Positions 20,157 through 30,022 of a stretch of DNA of 64,000 nucleotides are shown here, in pieces. The position numbers and the translations under genes were made by a program. The notes beneath the pieces are model-generated. The model did not search any database. It was not told the DNA's origin and was given only the letters and a program-made list of their open reading frames with translations. Origin of the DNA: an uncultured Acidobacteriota bacterium (GTDB taxonomy: Bacteria; Acidobacteriota; UBA6911); contig CAWHCF010000014.1 of NCBI GenBank assembly GCA_963827655.1, positions 64,001 to 128,000 on the forward strand, in the 5' to 3' direction. The first letter of the stretch is position 1, and the number at the start of each line of letters is the position of its first letter.

Positions 20157-20540
20157 TTAAGCTTCTTCCTCCGCCACCGTGACGACGTTGCCTGTGAACT
20201 CGACCGCCTGGGCCCAGGCTCGCTCGACCTCCCCGCTGTCAGGATTTCGATACCAGGAGAGCTCCCACATTCTCTTGTTGTTGAGATCCCAGCTGACGAT
20301 CTGACCCTGGCGGTATTTCTTGACCACCGGCATGCACTCGATGGTTTTCTGATTCTGCTCCGGATCCTCGCACCGAAGAACTACAAGGCGGGCGCCCTGC
20401 ACCTCCTTCTCGCACTTTGAATCCGAATAGAAGGGAAGATCCGCATGCAGCACACGATAAGGACGCGCCGGCATGGATGTGGTTTCCTCTGGCTCGGGAT
20501 TGTCGGGTGGTAGCTCATCGGGACGACGCTGTTGCGGCAT
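20157..20540 (-). CDS. Hypothetical protein
   Basis: Globular-looking ORF with GAGGAGG upstream of the ATG; family not recognised. Confidence 0.6.
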   Translation of the reverse strand: MPQQRRPDELPPDNPEPEETTSMPARPYRVLHADLPFYSDSKCEKEVQGARLVVLRCEDPEQNQKTIECMPVVKKYRQGQIVSWDLNNKRMWELSWYRNPDSGEVERAWAQAVEFTGNVVTVAEEEA

Positions 20541-20834
20541 TTTGACCCTCCTCACGGGTAAGAGAATTCTAGGTTGCGGAGGAAAAAAATGTCAACCCCG
20601 GGACTAACCACGAGACGAAGACTCTAAGGTTCGTCCGGGGACTTCGCCCGAACGAAAGGCCCCTTGGAACGACAACATGTTGGTTTGAACGTTTCGCTAA
20701 GCGCCTAAGAACACGAAGAAAAACCTGAGTGTCTTGTTGTCTTAGAATCTCTGTGGTTAGTGCTTGCGTTCTCGCATTGTAATCGCGCATGCCGTCCCAT
20801 AGAATTGCCCCTTTTGCGAGGACTAAACAGAACT

Positions 20835-21890
20835 ATGCAGGCAGTCTATGCAGTGGTCATGGCCGGAGGTCGGGGGGAACGTTTCTGGCCGCTGAGTACC
20901 AGCCAGCTGGCGAAGCCCTTCATTCCACTCCTGGGCCCAACCACTCTGATTCAAGATACGGTCAGCAGGCTGCACCCATTGGTGCCGCCCGAGAGAATCC
21001 TGATTTCCATCGGCGAAGCGCATCACGGACTGGCCCGCCAGCAACTTCCCGGCATTCCCGACGCGAACTTCATTGTCGAACCTGCGGGACGCGACACCGC
21101 CGCCTGCCTCGGCTTATGCGCTATCCACCTGGAGGAGCGGAATCCGGACGCCATCATGCTGGCTGTTCCTGCCGACCACTTCGTCGGCGAGCCGGACGAC
21201 TATCGCCGAACTTTGCAGATTGGAATTGACCATCTGCCGGGTGCCACCGGAGTTGTTTTCGGGGTTCGCCCGGTTCGGCCTGATACGAGTTACGGCTACA
21301 TCTGCGCCCAAAGACCCGCGCCTCAATCCCAGGCCTGGCCTGTGATCCGCTTCGTGGAAAAGCCCGATGCCGCCACTGCGGAACAGTATTTCAAGTCCGG
21401 AGACTACTTCTGGAACAGTGGCATCTTCTTGTGGCGCAACCGGACCTTGCTGGACCTCTTTCAAGAACATCTGCCCAGGTCGTACCAATGCCTGCGCGAA
21501 CTGCAAGCTCTGCTGCGCCAGGGGGAAAGCCCGCAGGAGATGCTGAGGGTTTTTGCGTCCATGGAACGTATTTCCGTGGATTTCGGAATCGCCGAGAAAG
21601 CCTCCGGGCTTCGTCTTGTCCCGGTAGAGTTCGCCTGGGACGACATCGGTAACTGGAGCGCTCTGGAACGAGCGCTTCCCGCCGATTCGCACGGAAATGT
21701 ATCGCGGGGTGCCCACGTGCCGGTCAACACGAAGAATTGCATCGTGTATTCGGACGCCGGACCCGTAGCTACTTTTGGCGTTGAGAATCTCGTGGTGATC
21801 CAGGCTTATGGTAAGGTCTTGGTGTGTCCTAAAGAACGTGCCACAGACTTGAAGCGTCTGGTCACCGCGCTCGGACCTCATCAGGATTGA
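20835..21890 (+). CDS. manC: Mannose-1-phosphate guanylyltransferase
   Basis: VMAGGRGERFWPLS, EPAGRDTA, PADH, FVEKPD, WNSGIF and WDDIGNW. Confidence 0.92.
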   Translation: MQAVYAVVMAGGRGERFWPLSTSQLAKPFIPLLGPTTLIQDTVSRLHPLVPPERILISIGEAHHGLARQQLPGIPDANFIVEPAGRDTAACLGLCAIHLEERNPDAIMLAVPADHFVGEPDDYRRTLQIGIDHLPGATGVVFGVRPVRPDTSYGYICAQRPAPQSQAWPVIRFVEKPDAATAEQYFKSGDYFWNSGIFLWRNRTLLDLFQEHLPRSYQCLRELQALLRQGESPQEMLRVFASMERISVDFGIAEKASGLRLVPVEFAWDDIGNWSALERALPADSHGNVSRGAHVPVNTKNCIVYSDAGPVATFGVENLVVIQAYGKVLVCPKERATDLKRLVTALGPHQD

Positions 21891-21894
21891 GCCG

Positions 21895-21962
21895 AGTGCT
21901 GAGTAGAAAGTATCAACAGCAAGTTTTTACTCAGCACTTTCAACTTTAGACTTTCTACTGAC
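21895..21962. repeat. AGTGCTGAGT / ACTCAGCACT short-repeat inverted element, copy 1
   Basis: Closely resembles 53678-53748. Confidence 0.7.
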
Positions 21963-21974
21963 TGAGGAGAATAC

Positions 21975-23243
21975 ATGAGCTCAAAGGCAAACAAAGTCGT
22001 CCTCGCTTACAGTGGAGGGCTGGATACGTCGATCATAATTCCCTGGTTGAAAGAAAACTACGGAGCGGAGGTAATAGCCTTTGCGGCCGACATAGGCCAG
22101 GGCGAGGAATTGTCGGGACTGGAGGACAAAGCAATTCGGACGGGAGCATCCCGGTGCATCATCGAAGACCTGCGCGACGAGTTCATCCGCGAATTCGCTT
22201 TTCCGACTCTGCGCGCCGGAGCAATCTACGAACGGAAGTATCTGCTTGGAACTTCATTCGCCCGTCCGCTGATTGCAAGGCGCCAGGTCGAAATAGCGGA
22301 ACAGGAAGGCGCGGATGCTGTCGCTCACGGCTGCACCGGAAAAGGGAATGACCAGGTGCGATTCGAGCTCGCCTACAAGGCGCTCAATCCCAAGCTGAAG
22401 GTCATCGCACCGTGGCGCGAATGGGACATCAAGTCGCGCGAAGATGAAATCGACTATGCACAGTCCCGCAAGATACCGATTACCGCCACGAAAGATAAGA
22501 TCTACAGCGAGGATCGGAACCTCTGGCATCTCAGTCACGAAGGGGGCGTTCTAGAGAACCCGTGGAATGAGCCCAACGAGGACATGTTCGTGCTCACGGC
22601 TTCCCCGGAACGCGCGCCTGACAAAGCTCAGTATGTCGAGATCGAGTTTGAACGAGGAACACCGATCGCGGTGGACGGGAAATCTCTGGATCCTGCTCCA
22701 CTGGTTCAGCGCTTGAACGAGATCGGGGGGATTCATGGAGTCGGCCGGGCCGATCTGGTGGAGAATCGCCTGGTTGGTATCAAATCGCGCGGCGTTTACG
22801 AAACCCCGGGCGGGACGCTCATCGTGTCAGCGCACCGGGAACTCGAGAGCTTGACCCTCGACCGCGCCACCCTTCACTTCAAGGATCTGCTCGCGGCGCA
22901 ATACGCCGAGCTGGTTTACAACGGCCAGTGGTTCTCCCCGCTGCGGCAAGCTCTGGACGGGTTCGTGAACTCCACCCAGGCGCGCGTCACCGGAACCGTG
23001 AGGCTGAAGCTCTTCAAGGGAAACGTAATCATCGCTGGAAGAAAATCTCAGTATTCTCTCTACCGGGAAGATCTGGCCACTTTCAGCGCGGACACTGTCT
23101 ACGACCAGAAGGAAGCCGAGGGTTTCATCAACCTGTTCGGCCTCCCCAGCAAAGTCGAGGCGCTTCTCGACCTGGCCGGGGTTCGCAAGACGGATTACCG
23201 GCAGCGTCAAAGCCGCTCGCCCGCAAAGACTCTAAGTCGCTGA
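21975..23243 (+). CDS. argG: Argininosuccinate synthase
   Basis: [24 protein letters not shown] and [12 protein letters not shown]. Confidence 0.98.
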   Translation: MSSKANKVVLAYSGGLDTSIIIPWLKENYGAEVIAFAADIGQGEELSGLEDKAIRTGASRCIIEDLRDEFIREFAFPTLRAGAIYERKYLLGTSFARPLIARRQVEIAEQEGADAVAHGCTGKGNDQVRFELAYKALNPKLKVIAPWREWDIKSREDEIDYAQSRKIPITATKDKIYSEDRNLWHLSHEGGVLENPWNEPNEDMFVLTASPERAPDKAQYVEIEFERGTPIAVDGKSLDPAPLVQRLNEIGGIHGVGRADLVENRLVGIKSRGVYETPGGTLIVSAHRELESLTLDRATLHFKDLLAAQYAELVYNGQWFSPLRQALDGFVNSTQARVTGTVRLKLFKGNVIIAGRKSQYSLYREDLATFSADTVYDQKEAEGFINLFGLPSKVEALLDLAGVRKTDYRQRQSRSPAKTLSR

Positions 23244-23265
23244 AAGGATCGCCAGGAACCGTTTT

Positions 23266-23274
23266 TGTTATAAT
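23266..23274 (+). promoter_or_regulatory. Extended -10 promoter (TGnTATAAT) of the ferredoxin gene
   Basis: TGTTATAAT at 23266-23274, with a GGAGTGAGG RBS before the ATG at 23301. Confidence 0.55.
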
Positions 23275-23300
23275 GCCGGAAACTATTTGGAGTGAGGTTA

Positions 23301-23627
23301 ATGCCCAAGGTCAAATTCCTGAATCAGAAGACGGAGCTTGAAGTCCCCCAGGGAGCAAACCTGCGCAAGGAAGCCCTGCGGGCCGGCATCCAGCTTTACC
23401 CCGGAATTCATAAGTACCTCAACTGCCGTGGATTTGCTCTGTGCGCCAAGTGCGCGGTACTGGTAAAGGAAGGCAGGGAAAACTGCTCTCCCCCCGGATG
23501 GCGCGAGAGGCTCCGCCTTTTTCTCAGCTATCTTCCGATTGGCCGCGAGGGGCAGGTACGCCTCGCCTGCCAGACCCAAGTGGTTGGCGACATCGGCGTC
23601 GAGACCACACCCAAGCTTAAGATGTAG
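23301..23627 (+). CDS. 2Fe-2S ferredoxin
   Basis: CRGFALCAKC...RLACQ. Confidence 0.9.
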   Translation: MPKVKFLNQKTELEVPQGANLRKEALRAGIQLYPGIHKYLNCRGFALCAKCAVLVKEGRENCSPPGWRERLRLFLSYLPIGREGQVRLACQTQVVGDIGVETTPKLKM

Positions 23628-23685
23628 GATGTTCCTTCGCGTCTTTGCATTACTACGCCGTAACTTCTTGCTTTTTGGGCAAGCC

Positions 23686-23770
23686 CCTTGGTGTTTCTTC
23701 GTGTCTTTGAGTCTTAGTGGTATTTGTTAGACAGCTCTAACCACGAAGACACGAAGAAACACTAAGACAC
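23686..23770. repeat. Full-length octamer-repeat palindromic element (core GGTATYTGTTAGACAGCTCTAACCACGAAGACACGAAG)
   Basis: Core shared with 29865-29955; partial copies at about 15 other intergenic sites. Confidence 0.85.
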
Positions 23771-23800
23771 TCGGTTGCGGCCTCACGGCTCCTTTGCGCC

Positions 23801-25033
23801 TTAGCGGTCATCTGGATTCTTCAATATTTCCCAGGTTTGATGGGCCGCCTGCTGGAGCGCGGTATCAATATCCATCTCCCCGACGATCGCGGCTCGCACC
23901 GACGTCCAGAGAGCGTCTTCGACAGCAGGATACTCGGGGAATTTCGGTGGGATCAGCATGTGGTTCTCGACCGTGATTCGCAGCAGGTCGAGCCGGTGCG
24001 AATCGAGTGAGCCGGGCGGCGTTTCAGCCTGGATCCTGGCTTGGATTTCGGACCTCGCCGGAAGGGCGCCCAGTGTCGCCTCCAGGTACTGGCTGTCTCC
24101 AGATGTGAGAAACCGCAGCAACGACAGAGCTCGTTCGAGATTCCGAACGCTTCGCGGAATTGCGAACGTGTGGCCGCCGGAATAGACGAAGCGTTTTCCC
24201 GAAGGGCCCACCGGGTACAAGGCAACGCCGAACCTGTCAGCGACCTTCGAGGTTGCCGGATTCTTGAACAGGTGGTATCCGCCGGGCCAGTCGGTCGTCA
24301 TAGCAGCGCGGCCATCGACGAAGAATTGAGTCACCTCGTCGTAATGCCAGTTCGCAACATCGTGCGGCACGATGCCCTTTTGATAGAGGTTGGTTAAAAG
24401 GCCAAGAGCCCATCGGGCCGCCTCTTCCTGAAAGTTGAGACTGGGTCCTTCACCGAAGAGATCGCCGCCAGCCATCGCATCCAGCTCGAAAAAATGCCCG
24501 AACAAACCGGAGAAGCTGCCAGGAAAGACAAAGCCATACATCGCGGGAGGGCGCGTGAAAAACACCGCGGTGTCCCAGAGTTCGTCCCAGGTTTGGGGAA
24601 TCCGCAGCTCTTGACCATACCGGTTTTGATAAGCTTCCTTGTTGCCGGCATCGTCAAAAAGATCGGTGCGGTAATAGAGCAATTTGACGTCGATATTGCG
24701 CGGAATCCCGTACAGGCGGCCGTCGATTCGAGCATGTTCCAGCATAGCGGGAGAGAATGGGTCCAATTCCGCGTTCAACAAGTCGTCGAGAGGCCGCAGA
24801 AATTCTCGTTGAGATGGGGCGTATTTAGTATGGGTGGAAATCAGATCGTAGCCGGGATCGCGGCCGCCGGCAAAATCGGCCGCCATGCGAGCGTTGAGCG
24901 CCGGATGATTGAGCCGCACGGCAATGTCAACGCGAGTTCCGGTTTCGGATTCAAACTGTGGTATCCGTTGGTACAGGCGATCGTACATCGGCCCGTCTAC
25001 AAGCGCGACCTTTAGAATGTTTTCGTCGGACAT
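23801..25033 (-). CDS. Sugar ABC-type solute-binding protein (SBP_bac_1/8), no signal peptide evident
   Basis: DGRLYGIPRNIDVKLLYYRTDLF, PQTWDEL and FVDGRAAM. Confidence 0.85.
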   Translation of the reverse strand: MSDENILKVALVDGPMYDRLYQRIPQFESETGTRVDIAVRLNHPALNARMAADFAGGRDPGYDLISTHTKYAPSQREFLRPLDDLLNAELDPFSPAMLEHARIDGRLYGIPRNIDVKLLYYRTDLFDDAGNKEAYQNRYGQELRIPQTWDELWDTAVFFTRPPAMYGFVFPGSFSGLFGHFFELDAMAGGDLFGEGPSLNFQEEAARWALGLLTNLYQKGIVPHDVANWHYDEVTQFFVDGRAAMTTDWPGGYHLFKNPATSKVADRFGVALYPVGPSGKRFVYSGGHTFAIPRSVRNLERALSLLRFLTSGDSQYLEATLGALPARSEIQARIQAETPPGSLDSHRLDLLRITVENHMLIPPKFPEYPAVEDALWTSVRAAIVGEMDIDTALQQAAHQTWEILKNPDDR

Positions 25034-25100
25034 GGCTCTCAAATACCACAAATACCAAGGGTTCGCGCAGAAATAAGTTCGCATTCTGCTGCAGGCCCCC

Positions 25101-25178
25101 AGGCCCGCTGGCGAGGCGCGAGCGACGATGCGTACCCGGTGCGGTACGTGAGGAGCGAGCAACAAAGCCAGCGGGCCT
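25101..25178. repeat. Structured MITE/REP-like element with 12-bp terminal inverted repeats
   Basis: AGGCCCGCTGGC (25101-25112) and GCCAGCGGGCCT (25167-25178); internal CGTACC-N6-GGTACG hairpin. Confidence 0.6.
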
Positions 25179-25415
25179 GCGGGCCGCAGCCCGAAGGGGA
25201 GCGATACTATGCTACTTAACAAACCGGTTCATGATTGCCACCGACCCTTGCGCCAGAATGTGAAGTTATTTCGCGCGACCCTAGGACTCAAAGACACGAA
25301 GAAACACCAAGAAATCACGTATGAATGTGGAATGATGCTAAGCTTGGTTCGTCCCGGATTGGATTGAACGGGCGCGGCATTCTACCCCCTGCGCCCTTTT
25401 CAAAAGACTCTGGAT

Positions 25416-27071
25416 ATGCACGACGCCACTGGAGTTCCCTTCCCCAAGATTCCGCACCAGTCCGAGTTGTTTCTCGACTACCTGGCGCAGTCACCCAAGG
25501 CGCTGTCTTTCTACCGCCGGCCGCCAACGGTGGAGAGTTTCGAGCGCGCCGCGCGGGAAGACATTCCCGGAATTACCATCCCCCGCCGCGAGATCGCGGT
25601 TATTCTCAGGCGTCAGAATGAGGCCTACGGCTCCGCCCCTCGGACGATGGATCACATTCAGGAGCTGGAGGAAACCGACTGCGCCGCAATCGTCACCGGG
25701 CAGCAGGTGGGCCTCTTCACCGGCCCACTCTACACCATTCATAAAGCGTTCACAGCCATTCGCATTGCGCTGGACTTGCGTCGCCGCGGCGTCCGCGCCG
25801 TCCCTGTCTTCTGGATGGATTCAGAGGACCACGACCTGGCCGAGGTCACCCGCGTCTCGATCCTCGGACCCGAGTCTGTCCCGCAAACGCTCGACTACCG
25901 TCCGCTGCTCTTTCAGGACACCAATCAAAACGAAAAGGCGCGCGCCGTAGGATCGATCGCGTTCCCGACCTCCATTCACGAAGCCACCGAACATTATCTG
26001 GCTTCACTCGCGGGCTCGCCCTGGCAGAACGAGGTTCGATCTCAACTACAATCAACCTATAGCCCGGCGTCTACGTTTGCCCAGTCCTTCGGCCGTCTCA
26101 TGGCACGCCTCTTCCGGGACCTCGGCCTCGTTCTGTTTGATCCTCAAGATCGCGAGGCAAAGCGCCTGCTCTCCGACCTGATCGAGAGGTCGGTGCGCAA
26201 CTCCCATCAGATTTATGAGCGACTGCTGGCGCGCAACGTCGCGCTTCAAGACTCGGGTTATCATACCCAGGTCAGCGTGCTCGAGAATTCCACCGTTCTC
26301 TTTCTGCACGACGAAGGAGAAAGGAAAGCTCTCACGCGCCTCGACAGCGGATTCGGTCTCAAGAATTCCGACAGGCGCTTCACCGAATCGGAGCTGGCCC
26401 GGCTGGCACAGGCCGCTCCCGAAAACTTCAGCCCTAACGTGCTGCTTCGACCGCTGGTTCAGGATCATCTCTTCCCGACGATCGGTTACGTGGCCGGTCC
26501 CTCGGAAATAGCCTACTTCTCCCAGATCCAGGTCCTGTACGAGCTGTTCGGGCGGCCGATGCCGGTCATATGGCCACGCGCCAGCATGACGTTTCTCGAG
26601 CCCGAGACCAGCGCCGAAATGAAGGCGGCCGGTCTCGCATTCGAGGACTGCTTGCAAGGCAAGCATCACGTCGTGGAACGACTGATCACCGCCAACAACG
26701 ATTCAAACACCAATCTCATGCTTCAACAACTTCGGGAAGTCCTGGACCGCGAACTGCAGGAACTGCGACCCGACATGGAGGCGGCTGACTCTTCGCTTGG
26801 ACCCGCGCTCGAGACAACAAGTCGCAAGATTTTCCACCAGGTTGAAGCATTGCAGACCAAGTTCATCCATTTCGAGACGCGGCACAACCGGGCCATTCTG
26901 AATAAGGCCGACTTTCTCTTGAATAACTGCTACCCTAACAAGAACCTTCAGGAACGCGAGCTCGGCATAAACTACTTTCTCGCCCGCCACGGTCCCTCGT
27001 TCATGGCGGAGATCTTTGCGCAGGTGGAGCCTGAGTCATTTGTGCATAAAGTCATTTCGATTGACGATTGA
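25416..27071 (+). CDS. bshC: Bacillithiol biosynthesis cysteine-adding enzyme BshC
   Basis: IVTGQQVGLFTGPLYTIHK, FWMDSEDHD, FSPNVLLRP, GPSEIAY and LQER motifs. Confidence 0.95.
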   Translation: MHDATGVPFPKIPHQSELFLDYLAQSPKALSFYRRPPTVESFERAAREDIPGITIPRREIAVILRRQNEAYGSAPRTMDHIQELEETDCAAIVTGQQVGLFTGPLYTIHKAFTAIRIALDLRRRGVRAVPVFWMDSEDHDLAEVTRVSILGPESVPQTLDYRPLLFQDTNQNEKARAVGSIAFPTSIHEATEHYLASLAGSPWQNEVRSQLQSTYSPASTFAQSFGRLMARLFRDLGLVLFDPQDREAKRLLSDLIERSVRNSHQIYERLLARNVALQDSGYHTQVSVLENSTVLFLHDEGERKALTRLDSGFGLKNSDRRFTESELARLAQAAPENFSPNVLLRPLVQDHLFPTIGYVAGPSEIAYFSQIQVLYELFGRPMPVIWPRASMTFLEPETSAEMKAAGLAFEDCLQGKHHVVERLITANNDSNTNLMLQQLREVLDRELQELRPDMEAADSSLGPALETTSRKIFHQVEALQTKFIHFETRHNRAILNKADFLLNNCYPNKNLQERELGINYFLARHGPSFMAEIFAQVEPESFVHKVISIDD

Positions 27072-27143
27072 CGATTGACGATTGACGATTGAAAACCACT
27101 CAATAGGTTTTTCAATCGTCAATCGTAAATCGTCAATCGTAAA
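27059..27143. repeat. (ATTGACG)n heptamer tandem repeat arranged as an inverted pair
   Basis: About 4.5 forward units, a spacer, then (AATCGTM)4; overlaps the bshC stop codon. Confidence 0.92.
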
Positions 27144-27161
27144 TTGATTCGGGGAGGGTCC

Positions 27162-29840
27162 ATGAAACGCGTTTCTAAATTGCGCCCAGCGGCGTTGTTC
27201 CTGCTCGCCGGCCTGGCTGTTGCCGGCTCATTCTCGCGGGCGGGACATCGCAATGCCTATCCCTTGCCCGAAGAGCGGGGAACAGCCGGTATTCTGAACG
27301 CGCTCGAGAAGCTGCCGGTCTTCGTACGCGTGCTTCACACTACGGCTCACCCCGACGATGAGAGCGCCGGAACTCTAACCTGGCTGGCTCGCAGGATGCA
27401 CGCCCGAACCGCCCTTTTCTCTCTCACCCGGGGAGACGGCGGGCAGAATGTGCTGGGCGACGAGAAATACGAAGCCATGGGACTCGTACGCACCGGAGAG
27501 CTTCTGGAAGCTTGCCGGGTCTACGGAGTTGAAACTTACTTCTCGACGGTTTTCGAGTTCGGATTCTCGAAGAGCGCCCAGGAAACACTCAGAGTCTGGG
27601 GACATGAAGCCACGCTGGAAGAAGTGGTCCGGTTCATACGCACCTGGAAGCCGGCGATTGTCATTTCGAAATGGCTAGGGAATTCGAGGGACGGCCACGG
27701 ACACCATCAGGCGGCCGGATTGCTGACCGTCGAGGCTTTTCGGGCGGCGGGAGATCCCTCGAAATTTCCCGGCCATCTCCAGCAAGGCCTCCGCGCCTGG
27801 CAGCCGAAGAAACTCTACCTGCCTGCCCGCGATGATAGCGCGGGGGGGAACGGTCAGGGAACGCCGCCGGACGGCACGATACGGATCAATGTCGGGGAGT
27901 ATGATCCGCTCCTCGGCCGCTCCTATCGCGAAATCGGCTCCGAAGGATACAGCAAGCATCGCTCGCAGGGGAACGGCGCAAGGTTTTCATTGCCCGGCCG
28001 CGGCTTCGATAACTTCAAACTGGCGGATTCGACCCTTGGGACCGGAGGTAAAGAGGACGGTTTCTTCGATTCGATCGACACGGCCCTCACGTCCATTGCC
28101 GGATTGGCAGGACCGGATTCAGCCGCTGTCCCCTGGCTGGCTCAGGATCTGGCTGCCGCAAAATCAGCAGCGGAGTCTTGTGTACGAGCCTTTCGTCCCC
28201 GCGAACCAGAAGCCAGCGCCGAACAGGCGGTGCGGGGGCTCGCCATTCTCACCGGCCTGATCCAGAAGGTGGAAAGCTCCGACCTGCCGCGCCCCACAAA
28301 GGAGCTGCTGCACGACGCCCTCACCGAAAAACGGACCGATTTCCAGGACGCCGTGAACGCCGCTCTCGGGGTTTATATCACTGCTGGAACCGAAGAACCG
28401 ACCGCAGTGCCCGGACAGGAGATCGCGGTGACCGCTCAGGTCTTCAACCGCGGAGCCAGGACCATCGACCTGAAACGCGTCACCCTGTGGACTCCCGACG
28501 GTTGGATCTCTTCGTTGCCGGCCGGGGCGCCGCTGGGAAAAGTTGCACCCGGAGAAAGCGTGTCGTTCAAACATAATGTCCAGATACCTCCTGGCGCGAA
28601 AATTACCGAGCCGTTCTGGTATCGCGAAAACAAAAACGACTCACGGTACAAAACGCATCCGACTCGGAACGTCTTCGCTCCCTTCGATCCGCCCGAAATC
28701 ACGGCTCAGGCAACCTATCGTTACAATGAAACTGAAGTATCGATATCGGCACCGGCGCGCGCTCAGGCAGGCGATCCGATCCGAGGCGTAGATTTCGTGG
28801 ACTTCCAGGTTGTGCCGGCGCTCTCGGTAGCGCTGAACCCCGATCTGGTTGTCATCCCGGCGGCAATCGAAAATCAAACTCGCGAATTTCAGGTGTCGGT
28901 CGTGAGCAATGGGAAGTCGCCCCTCCAGGGACAGGTTGAGATTGTTGCGCCTCAAGGATGGAAGGTCGAGCCCGTCTCCGCGCCGTTTTCCCTCTCTCGC
29001 AAAGAAGAGTCATTCACCGTGCGCTTTAATCTCCGCATTCCCCCGGGCGGCAGCGAAGGTAATCACTCCGTGGATGCCATCGCCAGGACGGCAAACCAGG
29101 AGTTCCGCCGCGGGTATCGCGTCATATCCTATCCCGAGAACTGGACGCGTCACCTCTACTCGCCGGCGCGCGCAGAGGTCAAGATCTTCGATGTGAAAGT
29201 CGCTCCCAACCTCACGGCCGGCTACATCGTGGGGGCAGGCGACGAGGTGCCGGCATCTCTCCAGCAACTTGGAGTGAAGGTCGAAATGCTCTCGGCGAAG
29301 GATCTTGCTTTCGGCGAACTCAGCCGGTTCAGCGCGATCGTAACCGGCATCCGCGCCTACAACATCAATGAAGATTTGAGGGCCAATAACCAGCGGTTGA
29401 TCAAGTACGTCGAACAAGGCGGAATCCTCATCGTCCAGTACAACACGCCCATGGGGCGCGGGAATTCGCCGTTTCCCTATGGCCCATTTCCGATGAGCAG
29501 TTCAGCCGGCGATCGTATTACGGTCGAGGATTCGCCAGTGAAAATTCTCGAGCCGCAGCATCCGATCCTGTCGGTTCCCAACAAGATTACCATGGCGGAT
29601 TTCGAGGGCTGGGTGCAGGAGCGAGGGCTTTATTTCATGACCCAATGGGACAGCAGGTACACGCCTCTGATCTCGGGAAATGATCCTGGGGAAAAGCCCA
29701 GTTTGGGCGGGTTCCTGGTAGCGCGCCACGGGAAGGGATACTACATCTTCACAGGTTACGCCTGGTTTCGTCAGCTGCCCGCCGGGGTGCCCGGCGCTTT
29801 CCGAATCTTTGCGAATATGCTGAGCCTGGGGAAGAATTGA
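27162..29840 (+). CDS. Large exported PIG-L-family deacetylase with Ig-like (NEW3) and C-terminal GATase-like domains
   Basis: Signal peptide; AHPDDE, LTRGDGGQN and HGHHQ; C-terminal GWVQERGLYF...RQLPAGVPGA. Confidence 0.9.
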   Translation: MKRVSKLRPAALFLLAGLAVAGSFSRAGHRNAYPLPEERGTAGILNALEKLPVFVRVLHTTAHPDDESAGTLTWLARRMHARTALFSLTRGDGGQNVLGDEKYEAMGLVRTGELLEACRVYGVETYFSTVFEFGFSKSAQETLRVWGHEATLEEVVRFIRTWKPAIVISKWLGNSRDGHGHHQAAGLLTVEAFRAAGDPSKFPGHLQQGLRAWQPKKLYLPARDDSAGGNGQGTPPDGTIRINVGEYDPLLGRSYREIGSEGYSKHRSQGNGARFSLPGRGFDNFKLADSTLGTGGKEDGFFDSIDTALTSIAGLAGPDSAAVPWLAQDLAAAKSAAESCVRAFRPREPEASAEQAVRGLAILTGLIQKVESSDLPRPTKELLHDALTEKRTDFQDAVNAALGVYITAGTEEPTAVPGQEIAVTAQVFNRGARTIDLKRVTLWTPDGWISSLPAGAPLGKVAPGESVSFKHNVQIPPGAKITEPFWYRENKNDSRYKTHPTRNVFAPFDPPEITAQATYRYNETEVSISAPARAQAGDPIRGVDFVDFQVVPALSVALNPDLVVIPAAIENQTREFQVSVVSNGKSPLQGQVEIVAPQGWKVEPVSAPFSLSRKEESFTVRFNLRIPPGGSEGNHSVDAIARTANQEFRRGYRVISYPENWTRHLYSPARAEVKIFDVKVAPNLTAGYIVGAGDEVPASLQQLGVKVEMLSAKDLAFGELSRFSAIVTGIRAYNINEDLRANNQRLIKYVEQGGILIVQYNTPMGRGNSPFPYGPFPMSSSAGDRITVEDSPVKILEPQHPILSVPNKITMADFEGWVQERGLYFMTQWDSRYTPLISGNDPGEKPSLGGFLVARHGKGYYIFTGYAWFRQLPAGVPGAFRIFANMLSLGKN

Positions 29841-29864
29841 GGGAGTCATGCGTTGCGTCGTATC

Positions 29865-29955
29865 CCTTGGTGTTTCTTTGAGTCTTTGCGGCTTGGTGGT
29901 ATCTGTTAGACAGCTCTAACCACGAAGACACGAAGACACCAAGAAACGCGAAGCT
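29865..29955. repeat. Octamer-repeat palindromic element, second full copy
   Basis: CTTGGTGGTATCTGTTAGACAGCTCTAACCACGAAGACACGAAGACACCAAG. Confidence 0.85.
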
Positions 29956-30022
29956 CTTGACGGAACGTTTGAATTCTACGCTAGACTTTGGCTCCCGCTG
30001 GTCTTGACCTGCTGATCTCGTC

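Noticed and set aside
27059-27143. Tandem repeats as a CRISPR array
   Set aside because: Units are 7-8 bp with no unique 25-45-bp spacers between identical repeats, and there are no cas genes in the window.
27162-29840. Naming the PIG-L gene bshB1
   Set aside because: BshB1 is a small cytoplasmic protein; this one is about 890 aa with a signal peptide.
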